Shown: piece by piece, positions 27,723 through 37,948 of the stretch
Numbering within the stretch: position 1 is the stretch's first letter
Layout of the letters: each line of letters opens with the position of its first letter
From: Candidatus Scalinduaceae bacterium
GTDB lineage: Bacteria; Planctomycetota; Brocadiia; Brocadiales; Scalinduaceae
DNA: 52,321 bases
Direction of reading: 5' to 3'
Assembly: GCA_046759445.1 (NCBI GenBank)
Contig: JBHICG010000017.1
Coordinates: forward strand, 1-52,321
Notes under the pieces: generated by a model
Told to the model about the DNA's origin: nothing
The model's input: the letters and a program-made list of their open reading frames with translations, nothing else
Database searches by the model: none
Program-made: the position numbers and the translations under genes

Positions 27723-29036
27723 TTAATAGAAATAGAAATTAAACCTGACGTTTATATAAGCTTCATTAACATAATCTGGAAACCTATTCAAGGTAGTATT
27801 TTGAACTGACGTTTGAATCTTAGATGCTAATAATACATTTCCGGCTGAATCGGCAATTACGACATCAATTATTTTACCTGAAGGAAGCGCCTTAAATTCT
27901 ACAATTATAGGTTTATACTCCTCTGTTACCCGATTAATAGATGCATCTGTACCGTATTGTAATAACCAATACCAGCTTATCTTATCTCTTATATGTTTAT
28001 AATATGGCGCATATTCATGTTTCTTTATATTAAAAGATTCCTCACCTTGAATTGACGCATTCGATATATCATCCTCAAAAAAAGGTGCATTATCATCGGG
28101 TGGTATATGATTTATTCTGGATTCAGGTTGGATTATCTCTTCCTGAACTCTGTTTGAAATGTTTTCCTTGCTTTCTTCAACTATTTCCTCTATTTTCTCC
28201 ATAGGAATGGATGCTACTCTCGTAAATTCTTCCTCTGGCTCAGGAATACTTTCTTTTTTTTCCTCCATAGTTTTTACTTCATTTTCCGTATTCTCATCAA
28301 TAGTTTTGATTTCTGAAATTACCTCTTCCGACTCAAGTGTAGGCGCTATTATGTCAATTTCGTCTGCTTGAGGATTAGAGTCCTCGTAAACATCCAGCTT
28401 TTCATCCTGAACTATTGATTCGTCCAAGGGCTCATCATGTATCTTAATTTCACTATCGGCTGGGATCCTTTCACTATTATTTACACTAGATAAATCTTCA
28501 ACTATTTTTTCAGTAACTAAAGGCTGGATATCTCCTCCAGTATCAATTTGGGAATCTTCTACCTGGGGTTTAACAGACGTAAGCTCTTCTGGAGCTTTTG
28601 CAAGTAATTCAAAATCACTTGTTAATCTGGGTTCATTGTTTATATTATCCTTTCCTGGATACATATCTTTTGCAATAGAACCTTTTTCTCCTATTTTATC
28701 AGTGTCTGTTTGGGGTTCCTCATCAGTAGTATTTTCAGACGTATCAACAAAAAGTTGTCTATTCTTTTCAGACAAATCTTCCTCATCCATTTTCTCTTCC
28801 TTTAATATTTCCTCTTCCTTCTCTCTTTTATCTTCTTCTCTGCTGGCTTCAAGGTCTATCTCAATTAAGTAGTTACTATCATTTGAGACATAATCATTAA
28901 CATTAAATCCCGACTTTAGATAGCGATTAAAACTAGAAGAAGAAAAGATAAATATAAGGTGCAATATACAGGATATAATCGTAAAATAGGCAAAAACCGT
29001 CTTCTTTTCATAATCATAGTACGGTTTTGAGTACAT
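27723..29036 (-). CDS. TonB/TolA-like energy transducer with a long acidic linker
   Basis: N-terminal TM segment with SxxxH (SCILH), Glu/Asp-rich middle, TonB_C-like end; upstream of exbBD. Confidence 0.72.
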   Translation of the reverse strand: MYSKPYYDYEKKTVFAYFTIISCILHLIFIFSSSSFNRYLKSGFNVNDYVSNDSNYLIEIDLEASREEDKREKEEEILKEEKMDEEDLSEKNRQLFVDTSENTTDEEPQTDTDKIGEKGSIAKDMYPGKDNINNEPRLTSDFELLAKAPEELTSVKPQVEDSQIDTGGDIQPLVTEKIVEDLSSVNNSERIPADSEIKIHDEPLDESIVQDEKLDVYEDSNPQADEIDIIAPTLESEEVISEIKTIDENTENEVKTMEEKKESIPEPEEEFTRVASIPMEKIEEIVEESKENISNRVQEEIIQPESRINHIPPDDNAPFFEDDISNASIQGEESFNIKKHEYAPYYKHIRDKISWYWLLQYGTDASINRVTEEYKPIIVEFKALPSGKIIDVVIADSAGNVLLASKIQTSVQNTTLNRFPDYVNEAYINVRFNFYFY

Positions 29037-29200
29037 ATTTTTTAAGCAGGCAAATTTAACTAAATATAAGGAATGTTATATCTATTGGCGATTTGTTATA
29101 AGATTCAAAATAGCAGTCAAAGTGTTATATTACTTAAGTGTAACGGTGAGATGTAGCAGGCATGCAACATATCTAACGAATATACTTAATCCTTAATTTG

Positions 29201-30178
29201 TTACTTTGATAAGACAGCAGGAGACTCTTCTTCTTTGTGACTTTCAATATACTTATAATAGTCACTATCAGTGCTTAAAAACAGACGAGTGTGTTTATTT
29301 ATTGTCTTCTCATATGTCTTAAGGGTCTTTGTAAAAGTATAAAATTCCGGTGCCCTCTTATATGCATCTGCATAGATCTTAATTGCCTCTGCATCTGCTT
29401 CACCTCTAGTCTCCACTGCCTTTTTATACCCTTCGGATTCAATCTCTTCCAATTCCTTCTTCATTTGTCCCAAGATCTCTGCTTCCATCCTTCTGCCTTC
29501 AGATTCATATTTATTTGCAATCCTAATCCTTTCCGAGCGCATCCTTTCGAATATCTTTGGAATAACAGTTGGAACGTAATTAATGTGCTTAATCCTGATA
29601 TCAATTAATTCTAAGCCGTATCTTTTGGCTAAACCTTCATTTGCCGAGTTTTTTATTTCTTCTACCAGTTTTGTTCTACCTTTACTAATTTGTACTTTCT
29701 TAGCCAGCTCCGCTTTTTCCAATTCCTCTGTAGTATAAATAAGTTTTCGATTTGTATCCCTAAGGATCTCATTTAATGGATACGAGCTAACTATATTCTT
29801 TACGGCAGATTCTATAACTTCATCCAGTACTCCTTGTCCCCTACCTTCCGTTCCTAATGAAGTGTAAAATTTTAATGAATCTATAATTCTCCAACGAGCC
29901 CATGTATTAATACCGATGTTTTCCTTGTCTCTTGTCAGGATGTCACTTGATTCTCCATCCCACTCGATGATTCTCTTTTCGAAATACCTTAACTCTTGAA
30001 TAAATGGTATCTTTAAATTTAACCCGGGTTCAGTCACAACCCTAACAGGTTTGCCAAATTGGGTAACCACGGCTTGAGATTTTATGTCAACAACGTACAA
30101 AGCAGCATTAGCTATGATAATTAACGCCACCACGACTATTATGGCTATTATTACAAATATCTGTATCTGCGGTTTCAT
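29201..30178 (-). CDS. hflC: Protease modulator HflC
   Basis: SPFH domain, QFGKP, ERMRSER, PEFYTF. Confidence 0.93.
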   Translation of the reverse strand: MKPQIQIFVIIAIIVVVALIIIANAALYVVDIKSQAVVTQFGKPVRVVTEPGLNLKIPFIQELRYFEKRIIEWDGESSDILTRDKENIGINTWARWRIIDSLKFYTSLGTEGRGQGVLDEVIESAVKNIVSSYPLNEILRDTNRKLIYTTEELEKAELAKKVQISKGRTKLVEEIKNSANEGLAKRYGLELIDIRIKHINYVPTVIPKIFERMRSERIRIANKYESEGRRMEAEILGQMKKELEEIESEGYKKAVETRGEADAEAIKIYADAYKRAPEFYTFTKTLKTYEKTINKHTRLFLSTDSDYYKYIESHKEEESPAVLSK

Positions 30179-31176
30179 TTTGTTACTTTATTCTCTCTAA
30201 GATTTAATAATGGTAAAATTCCTTTTTGTTCCTTGTCAATAATGTATATCTCTTCACATTCTGGTATTACCTTTTCCATAGTTTCAAGGTAAAGTCTTCT
30301 CCTTGTTACTTCCTTTGCCTTCTCATACTCCTTCCAAACAGCAAGGAATGCCCTGGTATCTCCAGTTGCCTCATTGATTCTCTTTATCTTATACCCTTCT
30401 GCTTCTTTAATTACCTGTTCCTTCTTTCCCATTGCGGCTGGTATAATCTTATTTCTTTTTCCCTCAGCCTCATTTATAATCTGGTCTTTCAGCTGCACTG
30501 CCTTGTTAACGGCATCAAAGGCATCCTTAACCTGTCCTGGCGGATCGACTCCTTTTAAGTTAACCACTTGTATATTAATCCCACAGCCATATGAATCAAG
30601 GACACTTTCTATTTTCTTCTCAACAATCTCTTCTATTTCCCTTCTGCCAACAGTCAATACCTCATCAATAGACCTATCACCCACAACGTTTCTCATTACG
30701 GCTTCAGAAACATCTCTTATAGCCCCTTTCACGTTCCTTACTCTGAAAAGGAAATTCTTTAAATCTTTAATCTTATATCTTACCACCCAATTTACCTCTG
30801 CGCAGTTTCTATCACCCGTCAACATTAAAGATACTTCTTTTGCTCCTCGAAAATCATAGTCAATAATACTCTCCACACCAGAACGTAAAGTTCTGTAACC
30901 AAATTCCTCGTTGTAAATACGCTTAACCTCTCCTATATAGGCTCTGTCGATCCTTAACGGCAACTTAAAATGCAACCCCGGCCCAACTGTCTTGACATAT
31001 TTACCAAACCTTAATATTACCGCTTCTTGATTAGCCTTAACTGTATATATTGAAGAATACCCGAGTATAATAATACCTATTATGAAAGCAACGGGTATTA
31101 TATACTTTTTAAAGGGTTCAATCTGTAAATTGATATTATCAAAATTGAATTCGGGTTGGTTTCTATTACCGTTCAT
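30175..31176 (-). CDS. hflK: FtsH protease modulator HflK
   Basis: LRFGK, GPGLHF, MLTGD, VTRRRLYLETME. Confidence 0.93.
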   Translation of the reverse strand: MNGNRNQPEFNFDNINLQIEPFKKYIIPVAFIIGIIILGYSSIYTVKANQEAVILRFGKYVKTVGPGLHFKLPLRIDRAYIGEVKRIYNEEFGYRTLRSGVESIIDYDFRGAKEVSLMLTGDRNCAEVNWVVRYKIKDLKNFLFRVRNVKGAIRDVSEAVMRNVVGDRSIDEVLTVGRREIEEIVEKKIESVLDSYGCGINIQVVNLKGVDPPGQVKDAFDAVNKAVQLKDQIINEAEGKRNKIIPAAMGKKEQVIKEAEGYKIKRINEATGDTRAFLAVWKEYEKAKEVTRRRLYLETMEKVIPECEEIYIIDKEQKGILPLLNLRENKVTK

Positions 31177-31339
31177 AATTTAATTTTCATAAAACTAAAT
31201 TGGCTTATTGTTGTTCATAAAGTAACTTTCAATCAAACACGCATTGAAATCTCCATAAATACTGTTCACAGAAATAACAATGAAGGAATAATACAGACAC
31301 AGTTTGAATGTGTCAAGCTAATTCTAAAGTCGTATAAAT

Positions 31340-31528
31340 TTATTTTAAATCATTCTTTTTCATATATTGTTGATGTTGCATGATCCTTACTTCAGCCCCA
31401 TCAGCAATTGCCTGTTTAAGGGCATCCTTGATATCTCCATAAACACCTTTAACTATACCCTTTCTTTTATTACTATTTATTTCATACCACTCTGCAACTA
31501 ACGTCATCGGACCTAATTTTTTTGCCAT
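31340..31528 (-). CDS. Small hypothetical protein
   Basis: Co-oriented, 11 nt after the AIR-synthase-like gene, with an RBS-like agga. Confidence 0.6.
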   Translation of the reverse strand: MAKKLGPMTLVAEWYEINSNKRKGIVKGVYGDIKDALKQAIADGAEVRIMQHQQYMKKNDLK

Positions 31529-31539
31529 TTTTATTATCC

Positions 31540-32547
31540 TTAGTAAATTTTGCTAATTTCATCTACTTCATAATAACATAAGTTTCTAATATCTCCATTA
31601 TGAATTATCTTCAACCCCTCTTCTTTACTAGTCAATTTGCCAATTATAGAACATTCAACGCCATTTTTTGAAAGTTTACTTAGCACGACTTCACTGTCAC
31701 CAGGATCTACTACTATCAACAGTGCTCCAGAAGCGATAACACCCATAGGATCCAGTTTATACTCAGAGCATAATATTTTTGTTTCCTCTAAACAATTAAT
31801 CTCTTCTGCATAAACAATAGCGCCGGTATTTGACACCCTGGTAAGTTCAAATAATCCTGTCGCTAATCCTCCCTCGGTAGGATCGTGCATTGCATGAATA
31901 CTGGCTACTTTATTTGCCAGAAGAGCCTCTTTTACAACACTAATTCCAGGATTATATAAAAAGTTTTGAACCTTTTTTGCAAATAAATCTCCGTATTTTT
32001 TAGATAATTCCTTTCCCTTTTCCCTTGCAAGAATTGCCATCCCCTCAATTGCAATACCCTTAGTCAATATAATCTCATCCCCTACCCTTGCATTTGAATT
32101 TGATACAAGTTTTTCTTTATCCACCTCGCCAAGCATGTGTCCGGACACGATAGGTCTATCTATACCATAAGTAATTTCAGTATGGCCGCCACAAAGAACT
32201 ATATCTAATTCTTCTGCAGCCTTTTTAATATCATAGAATACTTCCTTTACCAATTTGTCATCAGTTCTATTTTCCGGCAAGAAAATAGATGCAAGAAGCC
32301 ATTTTGGAGTTCCCCCCATCGTCGCTATATCATTTGCATTAACGTTAACCATATACCACCCTATTTTATAAGACGTAAAGGTAATCGGATCTGTTTTTGC
32401 GATAAGATACCTATCCCCAAAATCAATTACTGCAGCATCCTCACCAATTTTTGGGCCAACTATAATTCTTGGATCCTTTATCTCAACGGAATTTATCAAT
32501 TCATCAAGAAGTTCTATATTTAATTTGCCAACACGAAAAGGATGCAT
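31540..32547 (-). CDS. AIR synthase-related (PurM/HypE-like) protein
   Basis: GEDAAV, TDPIT, NDIATMG, GGHTE, MHDPTEGG. Confidence 0.9.
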   Translation of the reverse strand: MHPFRVGKLNIELLDELINSVEIKDPRIIVGPKIGEDAAVIDFGDRYLIAKTDPITFTSYKIGWYMVNVNANDIATMGGTPKWLLASIFLPENRTDDKLVKEVFYDIKKAAEELDIVLCGGHTEITYGIDRPIVSGHMLGEVDKEKLVSNSNARVGDEIILTKGIAIEGMAILAREKGKELSKKYGDLFAKKVQNFLYNPGISVVKEALLANKVASIHAMHDPTEGGLATGLFELTRVSNTGAIVYAEEINCLEETKILCSEYKLDPMGVIASGALLIVVDPGDSEVVLSKLSKNGVECSIIGKLTSKEEGLKIIHNGDIRNLCYYEVDEISKIY

Positions 32548-32550
32548 TTA

Positions 32551-33249
32551 CTATATTAACTCCCTTATGTCTCTTAATCCTATTTTTTCACGACTTGTAA
32601 ATGGCTCTCCATACTGTGTCCCAATCAACTCCCCATAATACCGCCCATAAGCATGCAATGACCCATTCACATGCTTCCATCTTTCTTCATTAAAAGCAAA
32701 TTGAGACTCGTAGGATTTCACCACCTCAACCTTTTTTTCAAACTCATCACTAATGTCAATAATAAAGGCTGGAGAAAAGTGAACTCTCAGGTGTGTCCAT
32801 CGATAATAAAAAATACGGCCAGGGTACCATGGTTCCCCTGCCATATCCGTTTTTGTCAGTTTCGCATAAAATCTTGCCGCTTCACCTATCTTCGCTGTCT
32901 GTATATGATCTGGATGAGCATCTTCCCAATAAGGCAGAAAAACAATCTCAGGTCTAATCCTGCGGATTTCTTCAGCTACTTTTTTTCTTGCCTCTATATT
33001 GTCAAAGAGATAACGGTTTGGAAAGTTAAGAGTTGTTCTACTGGTTAAGTCGAGTAAATGAGTTGCCCTTTCACATTCTTTGCGCCTTATCTCAGGTGTA
33101 CCATGTGGGGTAGGTTCTCCGTTGGTAAGATCTACAACATGAACATTATGACCAAGTTTTAATAATTTTAATATACTTCCACCCATACCCCCTTCTACAT
33201 CATCAGGGTGTGGTCCTATGGCTAAAATTGATACCCCAGAATCAGTCAT
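32551..33249 (-). CDS. bshB1: PIG-L family deacetylase, BshB1-like
   Basis: PHPDDVE, LTNGEPT, HPDH, YESQF. Confidence 0.8.
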   Translation of the reverse strand: MTDSGVSILAIGPHPDDVEGGMGGSILKLLKLGHNVHVVDLTNGEPTPHGTPEIRRKECERATHLLDLTSRTTLNFPNRYLFDNIEARKKVAEEIRRIRPEIVFLPYWEDAHPDHIQTAKIGEAARFYAKLTKTDMAGEPWYPGRIFYYRWTHLRVHFSPAFIIDISDEFEKKVEVVKSYESQFAFNEERWKHVNGSLHAYGRYYGELIGTQYGEPFTSREKIGLRDIRELI

Positions 33250-33281
33250 TTCACATTTATATTAAGCTAAAAAAGCAAGTT

Positions 33282-33333
33282 GACAAATCCCCCCACTGCT
33301 TTCTTGCGAAAGCAAGTAGTGGGGGGATTTGTC
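33282..33333. repeat. Palindromic element (AAATCCCCC family), may act as a terminator
   Basis: gacaaatccccccactgctt / aagtagtggggggatttgtc. Confidence 0.8.
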
Positions 33334-33912
33334 TTAGATATTAAAAAAGGTTTGTTTGCCTGGAATTGTAGCATCACTCAATATTTTGTTATCAACTAGT
33401 AGTTCTACTGCCTTCTCGGTCAGCATCTTACTATTTGTATAAAAACCTACATACCTTTCGTGATGCTTTTGTGAAGGTATTTCTTCTGCTATAAGTGAAA
33501 TATGGATATTTCTATTTTTTATAATTGATATCCAGTTGTCACGAATAATATCAGCATTTTTTGTTAGTATATGAATATTATCTTTAATTTTGCTAATGGG
33601 TGTATCTGCAACACCAACAACAAATATCTGGTCAGCATAGTCAGATAATTTTGTATATCTTTCACTATGTTCCTCAAATTTACTTAACTCTTGAAACCCA
33701 GAATATAATGAACATTGTTTTTTATGTAATTTCAAAGAATCTTCTATAACTCTGCTAATCATAAGCAAGGTTTTCATCGAGGTTGTAAAATGATATTCAC
33801 CATCAAGTAAATCCGTGTGAAGGTCTTCAAAAAGTAGACGTGGGTTTTTAAATTCTGTCAAGGCCCTTACTTCAACTATCAGATTATGGAAAAGGTTGTT
33901 TGTTTTCAACAT
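33334..33912 (-). CDS. Stand-alone DICT-like sensory domain protein
   Basis: SRVIED, GFQELSKF..RY, VVGVAD and ..W pattern recalled from DICT domains. Confidence 0.7.
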   Translation of the reverse strand: MLKTNNLFHNLIVEVRALTEFKNPRLLFEDLHTDLLDGEYHFTTSMKTLLMISRVIEDSLKLHKKQCSLYSGFQELSKFEEHSERYTKLSDYADQIFVVGVADTPISKIKDNIHILTKNADIIRDNWISIIKNRNIHISLIAEEIPSQKHHERYVGFYTNSKMLTEKAVELLVDNKILSDATIPGKQTFFNI

Positions 33913-33942
33913 AGGACATTTTCCGAAATTCTATAACATAAC

Positions 33943-35283
33943 TTATTCAACTTCAAACTTACCTTGCTTATGTTGATACTTGGGACTATCTATTTCAGCA
34001 ATCCTGTACATGTATTCCTGCACTGTGATATTATTGTACCAGTAACCCGTAAACCTCGCCGTGTTCATAAAGACGACAAATAAACCAACGACAAGACATG
34101 CATAAACAGCATAATGAATCTTTTTGCCAATGCCCACAACCTTCATATCAAGGGCGCCATTTACGGGACATGCGTTAACACAATCATAACAAGTTAGACA
34201 TTCGCAATTATAAACAGCCTTCTTATTCTCTACCACTATGAATACGGGACATGCCTTAGTACATTTCCCACAATCAATACATTTTTCTCTATCCCTAACT
34301 ATTCTTAAAGAACTAGCCCACCCTATGACACCAATCATTGCACCGTAAGGACAAAAATATCGGCACCAATAATTCTTGTTAAAAATGGAAAATACTAACA
34401 TCGTTAATATGACAACCGCTGCAAATGTAGATAGATTTAGGAAAAATTTTAACATCCTTACGTCAGCAACTTTCATGAATGGCACATTCGTAAACATGAT
34501 TTCAAGTTGTTGAGCTGGCATTTTAACCAAAATATTAATTACAAAAAAGGCCAGGATTGAATATTTCCATGCCCGTGCTATAGAGTCTTCCAAACGAGCA
34601 GGCCAAATCTTTCTTGGAAGAACAAAAGGCAAGACCAAAGCTATAACCATAAAAGAAATCATAACCATAAAAAGATTAAAAGATTTGAAATATAATATTT
34701 TAAACGAATCAAAATTTATAACCTCAAGTATCATCAAAGCTATAATAGGAGTCGCTATCATACTTAGACCACATGTTAATTTAACCGGAAATATTTCTAA
34801 CAAATTTTTAAGCCTGTTGTTAAATTTGGATTTAAGCCAATCTCCAAATCTCCATTCCCATTCTGATATTGTGCCAACCGGACATATCCAACTACAAAAG
34901 CCTCTTTGAAAAAACAATGAAGTCAGCAATATGGAAGCAAAAATAACAAAACCCGCAGGATGTATAGGATCGACCTTGCCTGCGCCCAAAAAATACTTAA
35001 GGCCCATAAAAGCGCCAATAGGTAAAAACGCCTCTACCCCTGGTGGCCTTGATACATATGTAGTAGCTCCGCCAGTTTCACAATATTGTACAAATAAATA
35101 AAACTTCCATCCTATATATATTGTCAAAATGAAGAATGCGATTTGGAAAATCCACCTAAACCGAAGGGAATTCATACTTGCAGGTGATTTCTTTTTTCTT
35201 TTATTCCCCACATTATCGTCAACTTGATACGTAGATTCTCTTTCTAAAACCCTGGAAGGAGAATCTTTTTTTTGTGAAACCAA
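33943..35283 (-). CDS. Membrane 4Fe-4S polyferredoxin (NapH/YccM-like)
   Basis: CSWICPVG, CRYFCPYG, CIDCGKCTKACP, CLTCYDCVNACP; TTG at 35283 has a ggag RBS. Confidence 0.88.
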   Translation of the reverse strand: MVSQKKDSPSRVLERESTYQVDDNVGNKRKKKSPASMNSLRFRWIFQIAFFILTIYIGWKFYLFVQYCETGGATTYVSRPPGVEAFLPIGAFMGLKYFLGAGKVDPIHPAGFVIFASILLTSLFFQRGFCSWICPVGTISEWEWRFGDWLKSKFNNRLKNLLEIFPVKLTCGLSMIATPIIALMILEVINFDSFKILYFKSFNLFMVMISFMVIALVLPFVLPRKIWPARLEDSIARAWKYSILAFFVINILVKMPAQQLEIMFTNVPFMKVADVRMLKFFLNLSTFAAVVILTMLVFSIFNKNYWCRYFCPYGAMIGVIGWASSLRIVRDREKCIDCGKCTKACPVFIVVENKKAVYNCECLTCYDCVNACPVNGALDMKVVGIGKKIHYAVYACLVVGLFVVFMNTARFTGYWYNNITVQEYMYRIAEIDSPKYQHKQGKFEVE

Positions 35284-35747
35284 AACATTTCTCCATTCTA
35301 AATGATAAATAAATAATCCATACAAGAATCTATCATGTAATATTTTTTCATTTTTACCATATATTCACCTAATTTATGTTAAACCCTCATGACCCTACGG
35401 ATTGCCACGAATTATGAAAAATCTAGATTCCCTGTTTGCTTGCCACGCGGGCAATACCACGGGAATGACAGACAATACAACAACATTGGTCATTTGCAAT
35501 TCCGCAACAGCAGCATTGCTTAGGTAATTCTACTCTGCGAGTAGAATTACACCCCGTACCTGATCGGGAATCTATTTTCGGATCAAAAATATTTTATAAA
35601 CCGTGACATGAAAGTGTCAAGTGTTTTGTTTATGAAACTACCAAACACTCTTTTTAGCTGTGCAATGAACAAAAATATTTTTGTTTGACTGTTACAGTAT
35701 GCTATATATAATCAAGTTTTCTATTTTATTAGAGTTTTTTGTGAGAA

Positions 35748-36800
35748 ATGATAAAACGACGTAAGGCAAGGTCTGTTCTTGTTGGTTCAGTAGAAGTTGG
35801 TGGTAATTCGCAAATTTCTATTCAATCAATGACCAAGACCCATACTACTGATATTGATATTACGGTAAAACAGATACACGAGTTAGAAAAACTCAGATGC
35901 CAGATTATTCGCGTAGCCGTTCCCAATGTTAGCGCAGTCAAATGCCTGGATGAAATTAAAAATAAAATACACATACCTTTGGTTGCAGACATACACTTCG
36001 GACACAATCTTGCCATTGCGGCTATTAAGCAGGGAGTAGATAAAATCCGGATTAATCCAGGGAACATGAAAAACAAAGAGAAATTAGAGGAAATTGTGCG
36101 TCTGGCAAAAAACAAAGGAATTCCCATTCGTATAGGCGTTAATTCGGGTTCTATTAGAAGCACTAATGGCCATGATGTAGATTTGGTCGAATTGATGGTA
36201 ACTACAACACTAAAGTATTGTGAACATTTTGAGTCATTAGGCTTTAAGGACATTGTAATTTCACTGAAGGCTTCGGATGTTTACAAAACTATGGAGGCAT
36301 ATAGATTAATAGCAAGGCAATGTGACTATCCGTTGCATCTAGGTGTGACTGCTGCGGGCACTCCAGAAGATGCAGTAATAAAGTCTGCTATTGGTATTGG
36401 AGGTCTCCTATCAGAAGGAATCGGCGACACTTTAAGAGTATCTTATACAGGCTCTCCGCATCAAGAGGTAGAAGCTGGGTACAAGATTATGGATGCTCTT
36501 GGATTATCAAAAAGCGCTAACACTGAAATATTATCATGTCCTACATGTGGACGTTGTGAGGTGGATCTCTTAAATATTGTTGACGAAGTAAAAAGAAGAC
36601 TTCCGTCACAAAGAAAGTCCATACAAATTGCCGTCATGGGCTGCATTGTTAATGGGCCTGGCGAGGCAATGGAAGCTGATATAGGGATTGCTGGTGGAAA
36701 AGGTTTTGGTTTTTTGTTTAAAAGGGGAGAAAAAGTGAAAAAAATCCCTGAAAGCGAAATGGTTTCTGCACTATTAGAAGAAATAGAAACGATAGAATAA
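35748..36800 (+). CDS. ispG: HMB-PP synthase IspG
   Basis: IQSMT, PLVADIHF, RINPGN, SCPTCGRC, MGCIVNGPGE. Confidence 0.97.
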   Translation: MIKRRKARSVLVGSVEVGGNSQISIQSMTKTHTTDIDITVKQIHELEKLRCQIIRVAVPNVSAVKCLDEIKNKIHIPLVADIHFGHNLAIAAIKQGVDKIRINPGNMKNKEKLEEIVRLAKNKGIPIRIGVNSGSIRSTNGHDVDLVELMVTTTLKYCEHFESLGFKDIVISLKASDVYKTMEAYRLIARQCDYPLHLGVTAAGTPEDAVIKSAIGIGGLLSEGIGDTLRVSYTGSPHQEVEAGYKIMDALGLSKSANTEILSCPTCGRCEVDLLNIVDEVKRRLPSQRKSIQIAVMGCIVNGPGEAMEADIGIAGGKGFGFLFKRGEKVKKIPESEMVSALLEEIETIE

Positions 36801-37948
36801 TGAAAAATGTAGTCATTCTAGGCTCAACTGGTTCCATTGGTAAAAATGCCTTAGATGTTATAAGGAACATACGCCACAAATATAAAGTTGTGGGATTGGC
36901 AGCAAATTCACGTTGGGAACTTTTAGCAAAGCAGGTGAAAGAGTTTAAACCAAAAATTGTTTCGCTTGCAGATGAAAGGTCAATAAAAGAACTAAAAAAA
37001 GATCTGACAGAAAATTCTGTACAAATCCTTACAGGGGAAGACAGCATAAAAGAGATGGTTTCCAAGGATGATGTAGATATTGTCATCTCAGCCATAGTTG
37101 GCGCTGCTGGGCTTCCTGCCGCCATGGAAGTAATCAAGAATGGGAAAACCCTTGCGCTTGCCAATAAGGAAGCCCTGGTAATGGCTGGTGGATTAATTAT
37201 GCCAATGGCAAGAGAAAAAGGCGTTAATATTGTTCCCGTAGATAGTGAACATAGCGCTATATTTCAGGCTCTGAGGGCAGGACATCCTGACGAGGTAAAG
37301 AAAATTATAATTACCGCCTCTGGAGGTCCGTTTTACAATTGTCCTAAAGAGAAGCTTTCAGAGGTTACACAGGAAGAAGCCCTTAACCACCCGACATGGA
37401 AAATGGGACAGAAGATAACCATTGATTCTGCAACATTAATGAACAAGGCGCTTGAAATCATTGAAGCAAAATGGCTTTTCGATATGAATTCAAAACAGAT
37501 TGATGTAATTATACACCCTGAATCAATCGTCCATTCGCTTGTAGAGTTCTGCGATGGTTCTGTGATTGCTCAAATGGGAATGCCTGATATGAAGGTGCCT
37601 ATCCAATTTGCATTGACATATCCTCATAGAGAGGATGGAAATGTTAAATCTTTAGACCTTGCAGAACTTGGCAATCTTACCTTCAAAAAACCTGACATGG
37701 ATAAATTTCCAGCGCTAAGATTAGGATACGAGGTAGCTGAAAAAGGTGGCACTATGGGTGCAACACTAAATGCTGCAAATGAGATAGCAGTCCAGGCATT
37801 TTTAGAAAGTAAAATCAAATTTACAGATATTACAAAAACAGCAGAATACGTTATGCAAAAACATAATTTTATAAAAGATCCAGATTTGCAAGACATCATT
37901 AACGCTGATGAATTTGCGCGTAAGGAGACGAAAAGATGCCTTTTTTAG
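36800..37948 (+). CDS. dxr: 1-deoxy-D-xylulose-5-phosphate reductoisomerase
   Basis: LGSTGSIG, LANKE, PVDSEHSAI, KITIDSATLMNK. Confidence 0.97.
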   Translation: MKNVVILGSTGSIGKNALDVIRNIRHKYKVVGLAANSRWELLAKQVKEFKPKIVSLADERSIKELKKDLTENSVQILTGEDSIKEMVSKDDVDIVISAIVGAAGLPAAMEVIKNGKTLALANKEALVMAGGLIMPMAREKGVNIVPVDSEHSAIFQALRAGHPDEVKKIIITASGGPFYNCPKEKLSEVTQEEALNHPTWKMGQKITIDSATLMNKALEIIEAKWLFDMNSKQIDVIIHPESIVHSLVEFCDGSVIAQMGMPDMKVPIQFALTYPHREDGNVKSLDLAELGNLTFKKPDMDKFPALRLGYEVAEKGGTMGATLNAANEIAVQAFLESKIKFTDITKTAEYVMQKHNFIKDPDLQDIINADEFARKETKRCLF

